Below are positions 1-12,818 of a stretch of DNA of 64,000 nucleotides, piece after piece; positions within the stretch are counted from its first letter, which is position 1; every line of letters begins with the position of its first letter. The notes under the pieces are model-generated. The model worked only from the letters and a program-made list of their open reading frames with translations. It did not search any database and was not told where the DNA came from. The stretch comes from Selaginella moellendorffii (Eukaryota > Plantae > Lycopodiophyta), in the NCBI RefSeq assembly GCF_000143415.4, contig NW_003314307.1, positions 1,158,952-1,222,951 on the forward strand, written 5' to 3'. The translations under genes were made by a program, and so were the position numbers.

Positions 1-28
1 CCTTCCACGAAAGACATCTGGTACTTAC

Positions 29-3000
29 CACACGGCCAACAAACTTGAAGTACGAAAGGTGTTCCGTCTGATACACCGAGTTCGGGTTGGGCTGGAAAGT
101 GGACTCGTTCCCCACGGTCGTAAACAGAAGCGCTCCTTTGTCAAAGATAACCCGTGAAAGCAGCTGGTACCACTCCCTGGTCAAGCCACCCGCATCTATT
201 CCCTCTTCCCCTTGAAACTGCACTGTAAGCCGCCCCTTCACTTCATCAGGAGTCCGCATTCTCAACTGGTTATACGAGTCCTCCAGCACGTAGGCTCTCC
301 TGACCGAAATCCGAAGAGGTCCGAAGTGCTGTTGCTCGTGCTGCTGCCTGATCCTTGATCGGAAGTAGGCTCGTTTGTTGTCAAAGTCGATAAGCCTGGG
401 AGTCTTGAGTAGAAGCGAGAAAGACTTCTCCAGCAAGCCCGAATTTTGCCGCAAGAAGGCGTTCAAAAGCCGACGATGCCTCTCCGCAAACCGTATAAAG
501 TTCAAGCCTCTTTCGTCGGGTCTATTCGTCAACTTGAAACTCGAACTGCCAGTGTGAGCCCAATCGGACGTGCTGCTTGGTGATTCTAGATCAATCCCTG
601 TTCCCTCGGTCTGTGGTCTCAGCTTCTCGCACAAAACCAGAAACGCCTCCACAAAATCCAGCACTTTCTGAGACCCTTGGGGAAGCGGAGAGGTGACGGC
701 CCCCAAAGCACCTACAATGCTTGAAGAAGAACTCGTAGTAAGCCTGCTTTCTATCCTTCCTATGGATATGCTGAGTTGCTGCCACAATGGTTCCGTAACG
801 ACGTTAAGCTCGCGTATGATGTCCTGGAGCTCGTCTGCTTTAGCGTCCCGGTTTGTAAGGGCGCTAAGAGCCTGTAAAACTCTCAAAATTGCAGTTCCAG
901 CCGAAGAGCTTCCACCGGAAATATTGTCCGCCAGCGACCGCAGCTCATTGACGGCTGGGACACTAAGTTTATGAGCTGCGTCTGCCAGTTCTGAAATAAA
1001 CAGTCGACGGTGCAACGGAACAGCGTCCGATAATTTCTTCAACACTTCGGAAACACGGGAATATGAAACAGAAGATAACCTGCAAGACGAGTACGTCAGG
1101 CCACAATCGAGTAATTTGTGACAACTCACCCATCCTGTGCCAAAAGTCTGCACATGTTGCAGAGCTCATTCTTTGGCAACTTTGAAAGAATATCAGCTTC
1201 CGTTTTACTCAAAGTAATCGATGGAGTTGGAGGGTTCTCCGGTTGCTGTTGAGGTGACTCAGAAGATGTCTCTTGAGGAGCATCCGATGGCTGAGTATCC
1301 GAAGGAAGGCCATTTGAGTTGTCAATCGCATCACTGTCCATACCAGTGCAACTCGTGACTACTTCTAGCAAGCCAAGAACCTGTTGAGAAAATTCACATT
1401 TACTAGTGTCAGGAAACAGAAAAGGATGACTCACTTGCTCGAGATGTTGGCTGCTGCGAGAATAGAGTGGTCTGTCCAGCAGTTTTAAAAACAAAACTAT
1501 CGGTATATACTTCGGTTGTATATCGCTCGCGGTCGAAGAAGACGGATTCTCATACATCTTCTCCTTTCCCTTATCAGCAGCTTCGTTTCCTCTTTCTGAT
1601 GGTTCCTGCTCCAGGTATAGTAGAGACTTTGCTACCGAGGTATGACTACGTGCTAAATGTGTCAGTACTTCCAATACTCGACGAGAAACAAGCGGTGGAA
1701 TTCCTGCAATGTTTAAAAAGGTTAAAAGGTTTCCACAAAAAGAGAAAAGAAAAGAAATACCATCCGAAAGCTGAGCGCGTGCATACACGACGTTCCACTG
1801 ACAGCCATAAAGCCTCTGAGAGGGCGCACCATCAGCTGATATGGCTGCACAGTATCCCTCCGATTCTGGCCTGAGCATGTCCAATAGAAGACGGAGCAAT
1901 GCAGACCTGGTTCCACTATGGACACAAAGATTCGAAAGCAACCTTTGCAGCAGACCTTTAATCAATGGCTGCAGTAAAATGTAAAACAGGTTTAGAAAGC
2001 ATTCGAGAAACATAAGAAGACAAACCTGTGCTAAGCGCAACAGCCGAACTAGCGTTTTCACAGCTTGCTCATCCACCAAAGCCTTCCCTTCGGGTTCTTT
2101 TGGACCAGAAGCAGAACCCGAGCTTCGAGCAGAAGGTAATCTGCGACCAACTGAAAACATTCCCGCACTGACGCCCCTATCAATGCCGTTCGTCCTCCTC
2201 GCAGTAAGCCTAGGTCCCCCGAACGGGTTTCTTGTCGGAATGTTGGCCATGGCTCTTTCCCGAAGCAGCTGTGCCTCGGCAAGCAACGCAGGAGACAGCG
2301 CAGCTAAAACAGCGTCCGATGATGTCAGCAACACCTGACCAAGAGATGTTAACAAGGAGATGGAAGAAAGACAAACTAAAACGTACCTCCTCTCTTAATT
2401 CAGCCGGGAAAGTGGCAATTATTGATGCACTATCCATGTCCACTGGTCTACCTTCAACTTGCTGACTTTGAAAGATGCGCTGAGCCTGCTGCTGCTCAAG
2501 CACTTCAGCTTGAAGTTCGGGAGGTAGCGCAGCCAGGAACTCCGGATCGATTTCCTCAGTGGGAGGAGTCGGATGATTTTCAACGTTGTTTCTGCTACTC
2601 TGGTTCTGCTGGGAAGCCAAAACTTCTGCTCGTAAATCCTCGGGAAGAGCCTCCAAAAACCTCGGATCGATAGAGCTTGCATCATTTCTTCCCGTGATCT
2701 CTTCCCCAGCATCCTGCTGATCTGTAGCCTGCGCCTGAACTGAATCCTCCTGCACAGTCGCTTGGGCTTGCTGGCTGACAACATTGTCCAGGTCTTCGTC
2801 AACTTCCATGTGAGCCTCCCTACTAGCCGATTCCAAACCACGAGCTGGAATCATTTCTTCCGCACCGAGCCGTTCAGAGTGAACTTGCCTATCATTCTCT
2901 TCCCGGCCATCGGCACTACCAATCTCGACTTCCAGGCTCCTCAAACTTTCACCAAGAGTTGCACCGCTTCCTCCACTATCTTGGCTTCGTTCAGAGTTCT

Positions 3001-6000
3001 GACCGGCTGGAACATCCTGTACCGCCATATCTAAATCTGTTTGACAAGCAATACCCGAAGGCTCCCGGCGCTCTGCTTCCCCAGTAGCTTGCGTCTCCTG
3101 AGCAGGTGCATCAGCTGCAACTGCATTTGCAGCCGGCTCAGCACTTGGTGCTTCGGTACCCGCTTGTCTTGCAGCTTCTGGCTGATCATCAGACGTAGCC
3201 AACGCTTGAAGCCGTGCAACGAAGGCACTTTCGACTGCTTGAGCAACAGCTGTTGATTGAGTTCCTGACTGCGTTTGCCCGTCGTCCGTCCAACTGCTAA
3301 GACGCGATTCGCTCCTGCCACCTCGACGTCCCATCAGTAGCATGGGGTCCATGGACGCGTCCAGTATCTGAGCAGGTTGCAAGGCTCCCCGTTCTCCAAA
3401 CAACGCATCGGTGACTTGATCCGTCATGAATATCCGAGTACCTTCAGAATTACCCGCCAGCAAAGCTTCTACGTCTCTGATAGTGTTGCCACTCCATAGC
3501 GAGGCAGTCGACACTCCAGGCCCAGTCCCTTGAGATGGTCGCACCAAAAGTGGATGACGAGAAGCACCTCCTCTCGGCACGCCGTTGGAAGCACCTGATC
3601 GATACGTCCCGACACGGGATCTGTCCGCACCCCTCGACTGTCTGAAAGATCCAAAAATGTCGTCCATGCTCATGTTCTGGAACGTCTCCACATGTAGATC
3701 GACCGTGTTCCTGTTGCTCTGGCCGAGTACGTGAACGTGGTTGAGGCCCGTCAGTCCATCAGTCCATCGAACTTCAATCACCCGATCTCCCTGCCAGGCA
3801 CCATCATCGAGGTCGCCCATGTCTTCGAAGTCATCGCTCAGGCTGTTGTCCTGGTCCTCTACATCAGTATCCGGAGGTGACATGTGAGGAACACCGTCGT
3901 TGCCTTCAGCATCTTCATCCTCCTCTTCCTCTTCCTCCTCATCTTCTTCCTCTTCCTCCCCATCGTCAACTTCCATCTCATCTTCCTCTTCTTCCTCCTC
4001 ATCCCCTACATCTGCTCCAGAGTTCACCCGGAAAACCATCCCTCTTCCAGCGTCATTGAGCACCTCGCCAACCTCCTGCATGAAAACTTCAGCCTCAGCG
4101 CGAGGATTGTCACGCTCCTGCCTCGTGTCCTCGGCCATGGACGAACTGTTGAGCTGCTCTTGTTGATCAGCGTGTTGAGCTATCTCACCATCGTGCTGCA
4201 GCTGCAGTGGATTTTCACTTGCAGATTGCTGCGCATCTCCTTCCTTCTGATTGCCACCTTCGACCCCGGCAGGCTGCTCCAAACTGCTTCCAGTTCGGGA
4301 CAACACCTCCAATGCTCTAAGGACGACGTTGACAACCTTGTTAGCATCGGGGTGGTCCAAATCAACCGCCTGGAGACTGTTCGTCAGGGACCGCACCATT
4401 CCTGCGTCAACCATTGCCTTCGACATGTCAGTGGAGAATCCCAAGGTCTGAGGATTTCCAGTTGACGGCGAAAGCAAGATTGAGATGATCAAGTTGACGA
4501 ATGCATGGATCCTCTTGATGGTCGGTTGTGAAGACTGTGATCCCGAAGGTGCCTGAGTAGCCATATTCAACGCCTTCACAATTTCGTTGAGCACCCTCCG
4601 CCTTCCTTCACCAGATCGCACGCAGACAGCTCTCAGAAAAGCTGCAGCCCTCTCAGAAAGCTTCCCGACTTCAACAACGTCCGCAGGCGTTTGGTGAATT
4701 CCTTCGGGTAGAATCCTGTGAACGATGTGATATAGAAGTCCACCATGGCCTACAGCCTCAGCCCCTGCCTGTGACGGACCCCTGCCCTGGCTACTCTCCG
4801 AGTCCCGCCGCAGCACAACACTGACAGACGAAGAATACATCAAAAGTATCTCCGTCATCAGTTTGAGAATGAAGCTCACTTTCCCCGCCGCCGCACGACC
4901 AGCCGCTTCAAGCAGTGCTTCAGTTTCACATGATGTTTTCTCCAGCTTCTTGTCTATCTCCATTGACGTACCATCACCACCTTTGCCAGAAGGATAATGC
5001 AGAATCACTTCCAGCAGCTGATCAATAACGCGGGAGAAGCTATGAGGAACTCGCTTGTGGCTTTTACCACCTCTGTCCTGGATCCTGGCTGCCACCTCGC
5101 CCCGGCTGCCTTGTCGCTCTTTTTCTTTCCCCTTCTCCGTGGCCTTCTCCTTGTCCTTCTCTTTCTCTCGCTCTTCCTTCACCAGAGTGATGGTAAGCCT
5201 TCCACCATTACTAGAATCCAGCTGACAAACGTTTGCCGCGGCTTGCATAAACATCGCTGGATCGCGGGTCAGGACAGGCGCCAGAGTTGACAAGAAAAGG
5301 CGCGGAGAGACGCGTCCATTCTGCCGAGCAGCAACTGTAAAGCAGTGCCGTATTTCGGATTCCATAGCCAGGAGCAGCGTCTGAGGATCCTCCATAAGGT
5401 GCCGGATAATTGCACCAGCAACCTCATCAAAACCAGACCAGTTGGCCGGAGGAATATCCAGCAGTGCAGTGAGCCCCCCACCGTCGAGAAACTGCAGTGC
5501 CATGGCATGGACTTTCGTCAACCTTGCACATAGCTGCAAGACCGCTTGCAAAGGCATGGGCATCAGAGGCATGTGCAGCAACCTGCAAACCACGGCCATT
5601 GACTTCTCTCGCTCTTCGTCCGTCATATATCCCGCAGGCCTTCCCAAGATGGATGCAAAAGGTGTTTGATCCTGAGCTTCACCACCACTAGAGCTCGAGC
5701 TTGCGTTGCTAGCAGGCGTCGAGTCAGTGTTCACTTTCACCTGGAGCATCTGATCCAGGACCAAACACAGTGCTGTCACCCACACTGGAGTTTCCGAGGA
5801 GGTATCATTGTAGGAGGCCAGGATTTCCAAACTGGTGCCGACAAGTCCACTCTTTGCAGCAACCTCCCGGGCAGGAGTATCTTCAGTTAAGACCAGCGCC
5901 ATCAAGTGAGAGACAGTCGATAGCCGGTTCCAATCAGCACCTTCGGCATGACACCGCTTCAGTTGCTCCACGAGGAAGGATACCACTAAAGGACGGTCCC

Positions 6001-9000
6001 GGCCGCTGCTGTAATTGCTGATAGTCACCAGTAAGTCCGTGAGGGTGAAGATCACCGCGTCCTTCATCTGCAAGATGTTGATGCACGTGTTCACCATCTT
6101 TTCCACGTCTGGCATTTGCAGTACGATTTCTTCTTCCTCCGCAGTCATCTCGGTGGCCTTCCCTGCTTCGCCTTCACCGTCGGCATTGCCAAGAGAAAGA
6201 GCCAATGCCCGAGCGAGCTCATCTTCCTCCTGAGTCACCTCCTCCGGATGAGTGAACAGCCACTCCATCGCCAGCTCCACACTGCTGGCCTCAGAATTTC
6301 TTAGTGCTGCTTCCGCTCTAGCACGTGGAAATCCCATCTCCATGATTGTCGAGATCAATGCCTCGTCTGGTGCTGGACCGAGACGAGGATTCGCACCACC
6401 CGAAGAGCTTCTGGACTTGGTATCCCCTGCCCCAGCGTAGATTTGTCGGATAATACCAGCGATAGACGTTATAAACGTCGTGTTGCATTCAGCAAAGCTG
6501 GGATGGTTCCAGACGGGAAGAATGGCGTTGAGTGCCTGCATCTGCATACTCTGCACGAACTGTTCCACGTCCTTGGGAGCTGCTATCGGTGCGTCTTGAA
6601 CCGGCTGCACGAGCAAATGTGTTACCGATATCGGACTTAACAAGGTTGTGGACGTAACCAGCTGCTCTATAAGCTTTAAGTAGCTGTGCAAGGTGTTCCA
6701 CAGCCAAGAATGACTTTCGGACTTCTGATCCGAAGCTTCGGCTTCCTTCCCGTTCTCTGCTTGCATGTTGCCAAACCCGACTGTCCATAACAGCTCGCTA
6801 ACCTCTTCAAACGTCTCCAACAGATGTGCGAAGGTGCCATAAACGTAAAGCCTGTTCACCAAGACTGTATTGCACGTCTTCCTCCGGCTGTCAAAAAGAA
6901 CGGCTTGTATATCCTCGGCAACCTTCCCCAAGTATCGGCATCTGACAGTCGGACTTCCCCCGGCTGGCTCAAATGACAAGTTCTCCAGAAACACCTTCGC
7001 AATGCCCGAAGCCACAGACTTAGCAGGAACGCTCATCGTCGCAAGATCGTCACGCCGGCGTGAAGGTATCACCATAGACTTGCCCAGAGCCAGATACAAG
7101 CTTCGCGCTGCCAAAACAAGCTTCATCACCATCTCGTAGTTCAACACCTCCGGCGACTTTCTCTTCGAGGACTCCTGCACTGGAGGTTGCTCGACAACGG
7201 TGTCAACTTCTATGTTTGTCGAAGTTATGCCCTGCCGTGCAAGTCGACCCATTCGTGCAATCTGTGAGAGAGCCTCGGCGGTACTGACAGGCTCACGACG
7301 GCTCGAGGATCGGCGGTGAAGGCTGTCTGTTCGAACCGGAGCAAAAAAATCTGCACCTATCCCCCAGTCAGCTGGACCACTACGAACCGCTGTTTGTCTG
7401 TCCGTTCCACCAACGGAGAACAAGCTTTCCAGGTCTTCTTCGTTTTCCCTCGCAGAAGAGGAGCTTGCTGCACTGGCCGAAGCTTCATCCACTTCCTTCT
7501 TGCTCTCTGTCTTCCCTTCGCTGGCAAGGCAGACTTGCCACAAAACTTCCCGATGCACCCGTCCTATGTCATGCAGTATATCAGCCTCCCCTGTGCTCAA
7601 TTCGGCCAGCATCACAGGTGAACTTCTCACCAAGACTGCAGACAGCGATAAAAAGCACTCCGTTGCGGACAGGCTCCTTAGAACCTTCATCTTCAGACCT
7701 GTCTCCAACTCAAAGATACGGCTACCTGCTATAGACTCGAGAAGTGCCAGAGTAACCTTAAGATCTTCCCGGAGTACTTTGCACACAGACTTCGTTAGCG
7801 TCGCTGCGTGTTGAGGAGGGAAGGCCCTGAAGGTAACCGACATGTTGTGTGCCGTAGAAGATCCTCCAAATGAGACAGGCAAATCCGGTAGAGTATAGAG
7901 CTGCAGCAATGCCTCAATCCCACCCTTCTCAATAAACAGCTTGCTTGTGTCCGCATTCTGGAGCACTGTCTCTAAAAGCCGAACCGAGTTGTTGATATAC
8001 TCGGAAAGCGAGCTTTCTGCGGTTGAGCTTGAAGTCTCGGGTGCCGGGTCCTCCGATGGTTGCTTTTCTTCACCACCGTCAGTATCCATAGGCACGGGTG
8101 TGTCAACGTCTACCGCACCTCCCATCGCAGCTATCGTTCTCAAAATCTCGATGCAGACGTCTATACCAAGAGCCCGCAGAGCTGGGACGTGACGCATGAG
8201 TTCGTCCAGGCTGGAGGCCAAGGATCCCGGTGTGTCGTTGGCCAGAGCTTTCAAGTACATCTTCGATGTAAATATCTTGACAAAACACCGAAGAGCATCA
8301 CGGTCCTTGACAGCTTCCAGTCCGGCGTTGTTAAGGCAAATCGCGTCGAGGCTAGTTGGAATGCAGCAGATAGCCTCCGATGACGGAAGGACGCCGCTGG
8401 TGATGGCATCAAGAAACGCACCAGGGAGTCCTGCCTTGTCCAGCGACGGAAAGCAAGTTGGATCCCTGTGTATCAAGTCGCTCATAACCGATGCCGCAAG
8501 CGAAAACACCCCGCCACCAAACAGCTTTGCGTGCTTGAAAATGGTACTCAGACAAAACGGCAGCGAGCTCTCCTCTGAACCATGAAGTCTTGCATTACCA
8601 CCCGGTGCATAAGTGCCAAGAGATATCGCGCGTAACAGTGCCTTGAGCAGAACCCTGTGATGATATGGGATGTCGTGCGTTGGACCTGCGTCTTCGCTGA
8701 TTGGAGCCTTTCCTTTGGACGAGGATGCTTCTTCTTGCCTAGCACCCGAGACATCCTCGAAAGCACTAACTTCGACCTTCAGCCTAAAGATGGTATCATC
8801 CAAACCACCTAAGTCCCTGAAGAGCGTGCTCGCTGGATTGCTATAGTCCATAAAAGCCTCTAGAATGTGCACAGCCAGAATCACCAAATGTATGTGTCTC
8901 CTGTTGGTATCCTTCAACAGCGGCAGAAGGATAGGAATCAACCCGGCTTCTCGGAGTGCCGCACAACCGGAAGAAGATGAGACCAGCACGGACACGAGCT

Positions 9001-10344
9001 GAAGAAGAGCTTCTACGAAATTCAGCGAGTAGTGGGGAGTTGTGCTTGCTAGCGACGCTACAGCCTTCTGCACCAGTGTCGGTATGATCCCACAATTCCC
9101 ACCCGCAGTAAGCACGCTGTAAACGGCAGCCTGACGTGGTCTATCCATCGACATCCCAGCCAAGGCACCCAGAGCCAACATCCGGACATCCTCAGGCACT
9201 TCATCTTCGTGATAGAGCAGTGAAACCAGCTCGTTGACAAACTCCGGCTCGTTCACGAAGAATGCAGCAAGGTCCTCGTGGTCGGGATTCGACTGTATCA
9301 AAGCTGTGAATGCCGCGAGCCGTATGCGGACATACTGTCTCCGTGTCTCAAGGATGGAGAACGCACGAGCAAACCGAATTCTAGTCAGCAGCGAGAACTT
9401 CAGGTTGTCTGGAACCTTGTACTGCTCCACCAACGTCTTCAACACCTGAAGATCACTTCCTGGATACTGATGAAGGTTTTCGATGTGAATAACTTGCAGC
9501 CCCGATGCACTCGAGTCGCGGGATTCCCCTTCCTTGTAGAACTCAAAATGTAGGAAAGATCCTAATCTGCAAGCCTCTGCGTCGCACCCGCTGCTACTCG
9601 TGCAAGCCAACAGGCCGAGTCCCTCCTCCTTTCCACCCCAACCTTGCGACAAGGAAAACAGCTTCCCATTCATGACCGGATCCCTGTGCACCCGAAAAGC
9701 TCTTGCAACCTGTGCCGGCCTCTTCACGTAGGATGCGAGTGTTAGAAGCGTATCAAGAACAATGTCTGGATCGGTCGACGCTAGCAGCACAGTCAGGTGC
9801 TGCAAAACCGGAATGTTATCACCTCCTCACTCGTACAAAACAAAACTTCCACTCACCTCCAAGGAGTTGTAGAAAGACCTGTTGACGCAGTTGTCTAGTA
9901 AACACCGTGTGACCCGAAGAACTTGTAAAACAGCCTCTTTGGGGACGTCACTCTCATCGCTACCCTCTAAATCAAGCTGTAGGTCTTTCCTCGACGTCAC
10001 AAACTTCTCCAGGAAACTATCAAAATGGTTGATCAAATCCAGCCAGTGGAAAAAATCTCCCTGGTAGAAACAACCATGGCACTTAGCACAGGTGGAAATG
10101 ACGAAGAGCATACCTTCTCAAAATCCCAGTAAAAGCTGCTCAAAACAGTGTGTATGCTCTCCAATGGCGTGCTCACTACGTTATTGATGAACGAACGAAT
10201 TCGCGGTGGCTGGAAAAACGATCGAATTTCAGCTCAATCCGGACACAGAACCCTAAGAACTATAGAGGCATGCAAAGCCGCCGAAGCGCGGGCGAGAATC
10301 CAAAAGCTTACCGTCTCCGCGCCTCTCTTCCTCTTCACCTTCAT
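29..10344 (-). CDS. UPL1: HECT E3 ubiquitin-protein ligase UPL1/UPL2-like (HUWE1/Tom1 family); 3' end runs off the window start
   Basis: Hand-spliced GT-AG exons: 10344-10312 (MKVKRKRGAET), 10209-10114, 10060-9857 (GDFFHWLDLINHFDSF), 9799-2387, 2334-2026, 1968-1761, 1703-1435, 1380-1130, 1079-29. The N-terminus matches plant UPL1. Also a UBA-like segment (MEMGFPRARAEAAL), a UIM (EEDELARALALSLG), UBM-like repeats (IDPEFLAALPPELQAEVL) and the HECT N-lobe (FQGEEGIDAGGLTREWYQLLSR). Confidence 0.95.
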
Positions 10345-10648
10345 CCTGGAAGCTCGCAAACCCTCGCAAATCCCAGCTTCTTCTAGCTCCCCCGCGACCA
10401 GATCGATCGACTTCTAGGGCTCCATGAGCTGCTCCCAGCGCCCCGCCTAGAGCGCCCTGGGCATCAAAACCTAGCCTAAGCGCAGTGGAAGACCTATACG
10501 GCGGTGGAAAAAAGTGCACTTGTGCCACTCCCTCTAATCAACCCTCCTGGGGCGGATATTCCCGGAGGATATTCCTTCACGACAACCGGACACGTGGCCA
10601 GGATATTCGCTGGCCGGGTAGCGAAGAACCCTAAAATCTCCCGCCCGG
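10345..10648. promoter_or_regulatory. Probable bidirectional promoter between UPL1 and the PPR gene
   Basis: Only ~300 bp separate the divergent start codons. Telobox-like AACCCTAA at ~10627 and GGATATTC three times at ~10554-10608. Confidence 0.45.
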
Positions 10649-12748
10649 ATGAATCGCGGGGATTGCCTCCTGCTCATCCAGCGCTGCAACGATCGGGAAT
10701 CGGCGAGACAGATCCACGCCCGTGTCGATCAGTACCACCGCGCCGGCGATGGATTCGTGTGTAACAAGCTCATCGACATGTACGCGCGGTGTGGGAGCGC
10801 GGCCGACGCCCGGGCGGTGTTTGATTCGATGAGCAGCGGCACCAGGGATGGATTCTCGTGGGTAAGCATGCTGTGCGCCTACTCCAGGAGCCGCCAGATC
10901 GCCAGGGCGAGGGCATTCTTCGACGAGGAGATCCCTCCCTGGGCCAAGAACATGGCGGCATGGAATGCGATGCTGGCCGCGTATTGCCAGGCCGGGGATC
11001 TGGAAGAATCGTGGCGCTTCTTCGCGGCGGCGCCGGGCTGGAACCAGATCTCCTTCAATGCGCTCCTCTCGGCGCATGGGCACGATCACATCCGCGAGAG
11101 CAAGCAGCTCTTCGACACGGGGACGCCAAGCTGGGATCTCGTCTCCTGGAACACGATGCTGGCGGCGCTGGCACAGGCCGGGGATCTGGAAACTCTCCAG
11201 CGGCTCTTCGACGCGATGCCCGAGTGGGATCTAATCTCCCACAACGCGATGCTCCTGGGGCTCACGCAGCACGGTAAGCTCAACGACGCTCGACGCTTCC
11301 TGGACGCGATGCCGCAGAGAAATCTCGTCTCCTTCACGACACTACTGCGAGCTTACAACAGTTCCCAGTGGCAATCCCAGTCTCGGCAGGAAGAACAGGC
11401 CATGGATGTGGAGCTCTTGCTCCGGCGAATGCCCGAGCACAACTTGGTCTCCTCCACAGCCATGATCGGGGTGTATGCCCGAGTCGGCGACTGCGCTAGC
11501 GCCGAGAAGATCTTCCACTCGATGCACCAGCACGACACGGTAGCCTTGAACGCGATGCTCTCAGCGTATGCCCAGACCGGGTTTATCGATCGAGCCAACG
11601 CCATCTTCGACTCTATGCCGCAGCACGACATGGTGTCATGGAACTCTCTCCTCTCGGCCTACACGCACAACGCCAGCGATCTCTCCAAGGCCAGGGCGCT
11701 GTTCCAACGAATGCCGGAGAGGAACCTCGTCTCCTGGAACGCGCTCCTCACTGCGAGCTCCCAGCACGGCTCTCTCGACGAGACCAAGAGAGCTTTCGAC
11801 TCGATGCTGGCCTGGGACTCCATCTCCTCCAACGCGATGCTGCTAGCCTATGTCCGGAGCGGCCACACCGACGAGGCCGCCACCTTCTTCCGGAGCCTGC
11901 CTTGCCGCGACCTCGTCTCCTCCACGAACGTCCTCGTCGCGTATGCCGAGAACGGGGTGCTCGACAAGACGAAGCGGCTCTTCGAGGAGATGCCCGAGTG
12001 GGACTCGGTGTGCTTGACGGCCATGCTCGTCGCGTACGCGCACAAGGGGTACCTCGAGCACGCCAGGCAGCTGCTGGATGGATTTCTGCGAGACGACGTT
12101 GTGGCTTCGGTGGCGATGCTCGTCGCTTACGCCCAGCACCGGCACTTGGAGCACTCGAAGCAAGTGTTTGGTTCGCTGCTCATCCGGAACTTGGTCAGCT
12201 GGAACGCGATGCTCGCGGGGTATGTCATCAACGGGGAGATCTCTCGGGCGATTCACTTCTTGGGCTCCATGCCCGAGTCGGACATCATCTCCTGGACGAC
12301 GCTCCTCGCGGCCTACGCTCACAGCGGCCAGTTCTACGAGGCGGTCCTTCTCTTTGACACGATCAAGATGGTGGAGCTCCCGGACGAGTCGTGCTTCGTC
12401 TCGGTGCTGGTTGCGTGTAGCCACGCGGGAGAGGTGGCTGCCGGAGTCGCGAGCTTCGTTTCGATGAGCAGCGACTTTGCGATCCGGCCGAGCAAGCACC
12501 ACTTTTGCTGCATGGTCGATCTTCTGGCGAGATCGGGTCACTTGGTCGAAGCCCAAGATCTGATCGCCAGCATGCCTTTCACGACGAGTGCCGAGGAATC
12601 CAAGCGACTTCTAGGATCATGTACAACTTCTTCGAATATGAATGATATTAGAAGTAAAGTCTCCATGGCCAGCAGCTCTAGCGTCTCCACTCCAGTCATG
12701 GATCCAGCTTTCTACGTGCTTCTCTCAAACATGTTGTCATCTACATAG
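10649..12748 (+). CDS. Pentatricopeptide repeat protein, PLS class with degenerate E-type C-terminus, no DYW
   Basis: Intronless 699-aa ORF with tandem ~31-aa repeats (xxVSWNAMLxAYAQxG...A..LFDxMP), ACSHAG and HFCCMVDLLARSG motifs, ending FYVLLSN. Confidence 0.92.
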   Translation: MNRGDCLLLIQRCNDRESARQIHARVDQYHRAGDGFVCNKLIDMYARCGSAADARAVFDSMSSGTRDGFSWVSMLCAYSRSRQIARARAFFDEEIPPWAKNMAAWNAMLAAYCQAGDLEESWRFFAAAPGWNQISFNALLSAHGHDHIRESKQLFDTGTPSWDLVSWNTMLAALAQAGDLETLQRLFDAMPEWDLISHNAMLLGLTQHGKLNDARRFLDAMPQRNLVSFTTLLRAYNSSQWQSQSRQEEQAMDVELLLRRMPEHNLVSSTAMIGVYARVGDCASAEKIFHSMHQHDTVALNAMLSAYAQTGFIDRANAIFDSMPQHDMVSWNSLLSAYTHNASDLSKARALFQRMPERNLVSWNALLTASSQHGSLDETKRAFDSMLAWDSISSNAMLLAYVRSGHTDEAATFFRSLPCRDLVSSTNVLVAYAENGVLDKTKRLFEEMPEWDSVCLTAMLVAYAHKGYLEHARQLLDGFLRDDVVASVAMLVAYAQHRHLEHSKQVFGSLLIRNLVSWNAMLAGYVINGEISRAIHFLGSMPESDIISWTTLLAAYAHSGQFYEAVLLFDTIKMVELPDESCFVSVLVACSHAGEVAAGVASFVSMSSDFAIRPSKHHFCCMVDLLARSGHLVEAQDLIASMPFTTSAEESKRLLGSCTTSSNMNDIRSKVSMASSSSVSTPVMDPAFYVLLSNMLSST

Positions 12749-12818
12749 GCGATAGATGAGCGAAAAATTCTCATTGTTCTTCAAACACCAGGCCAAACTT
12801 TCTGGAGTCCCTCCAAAG

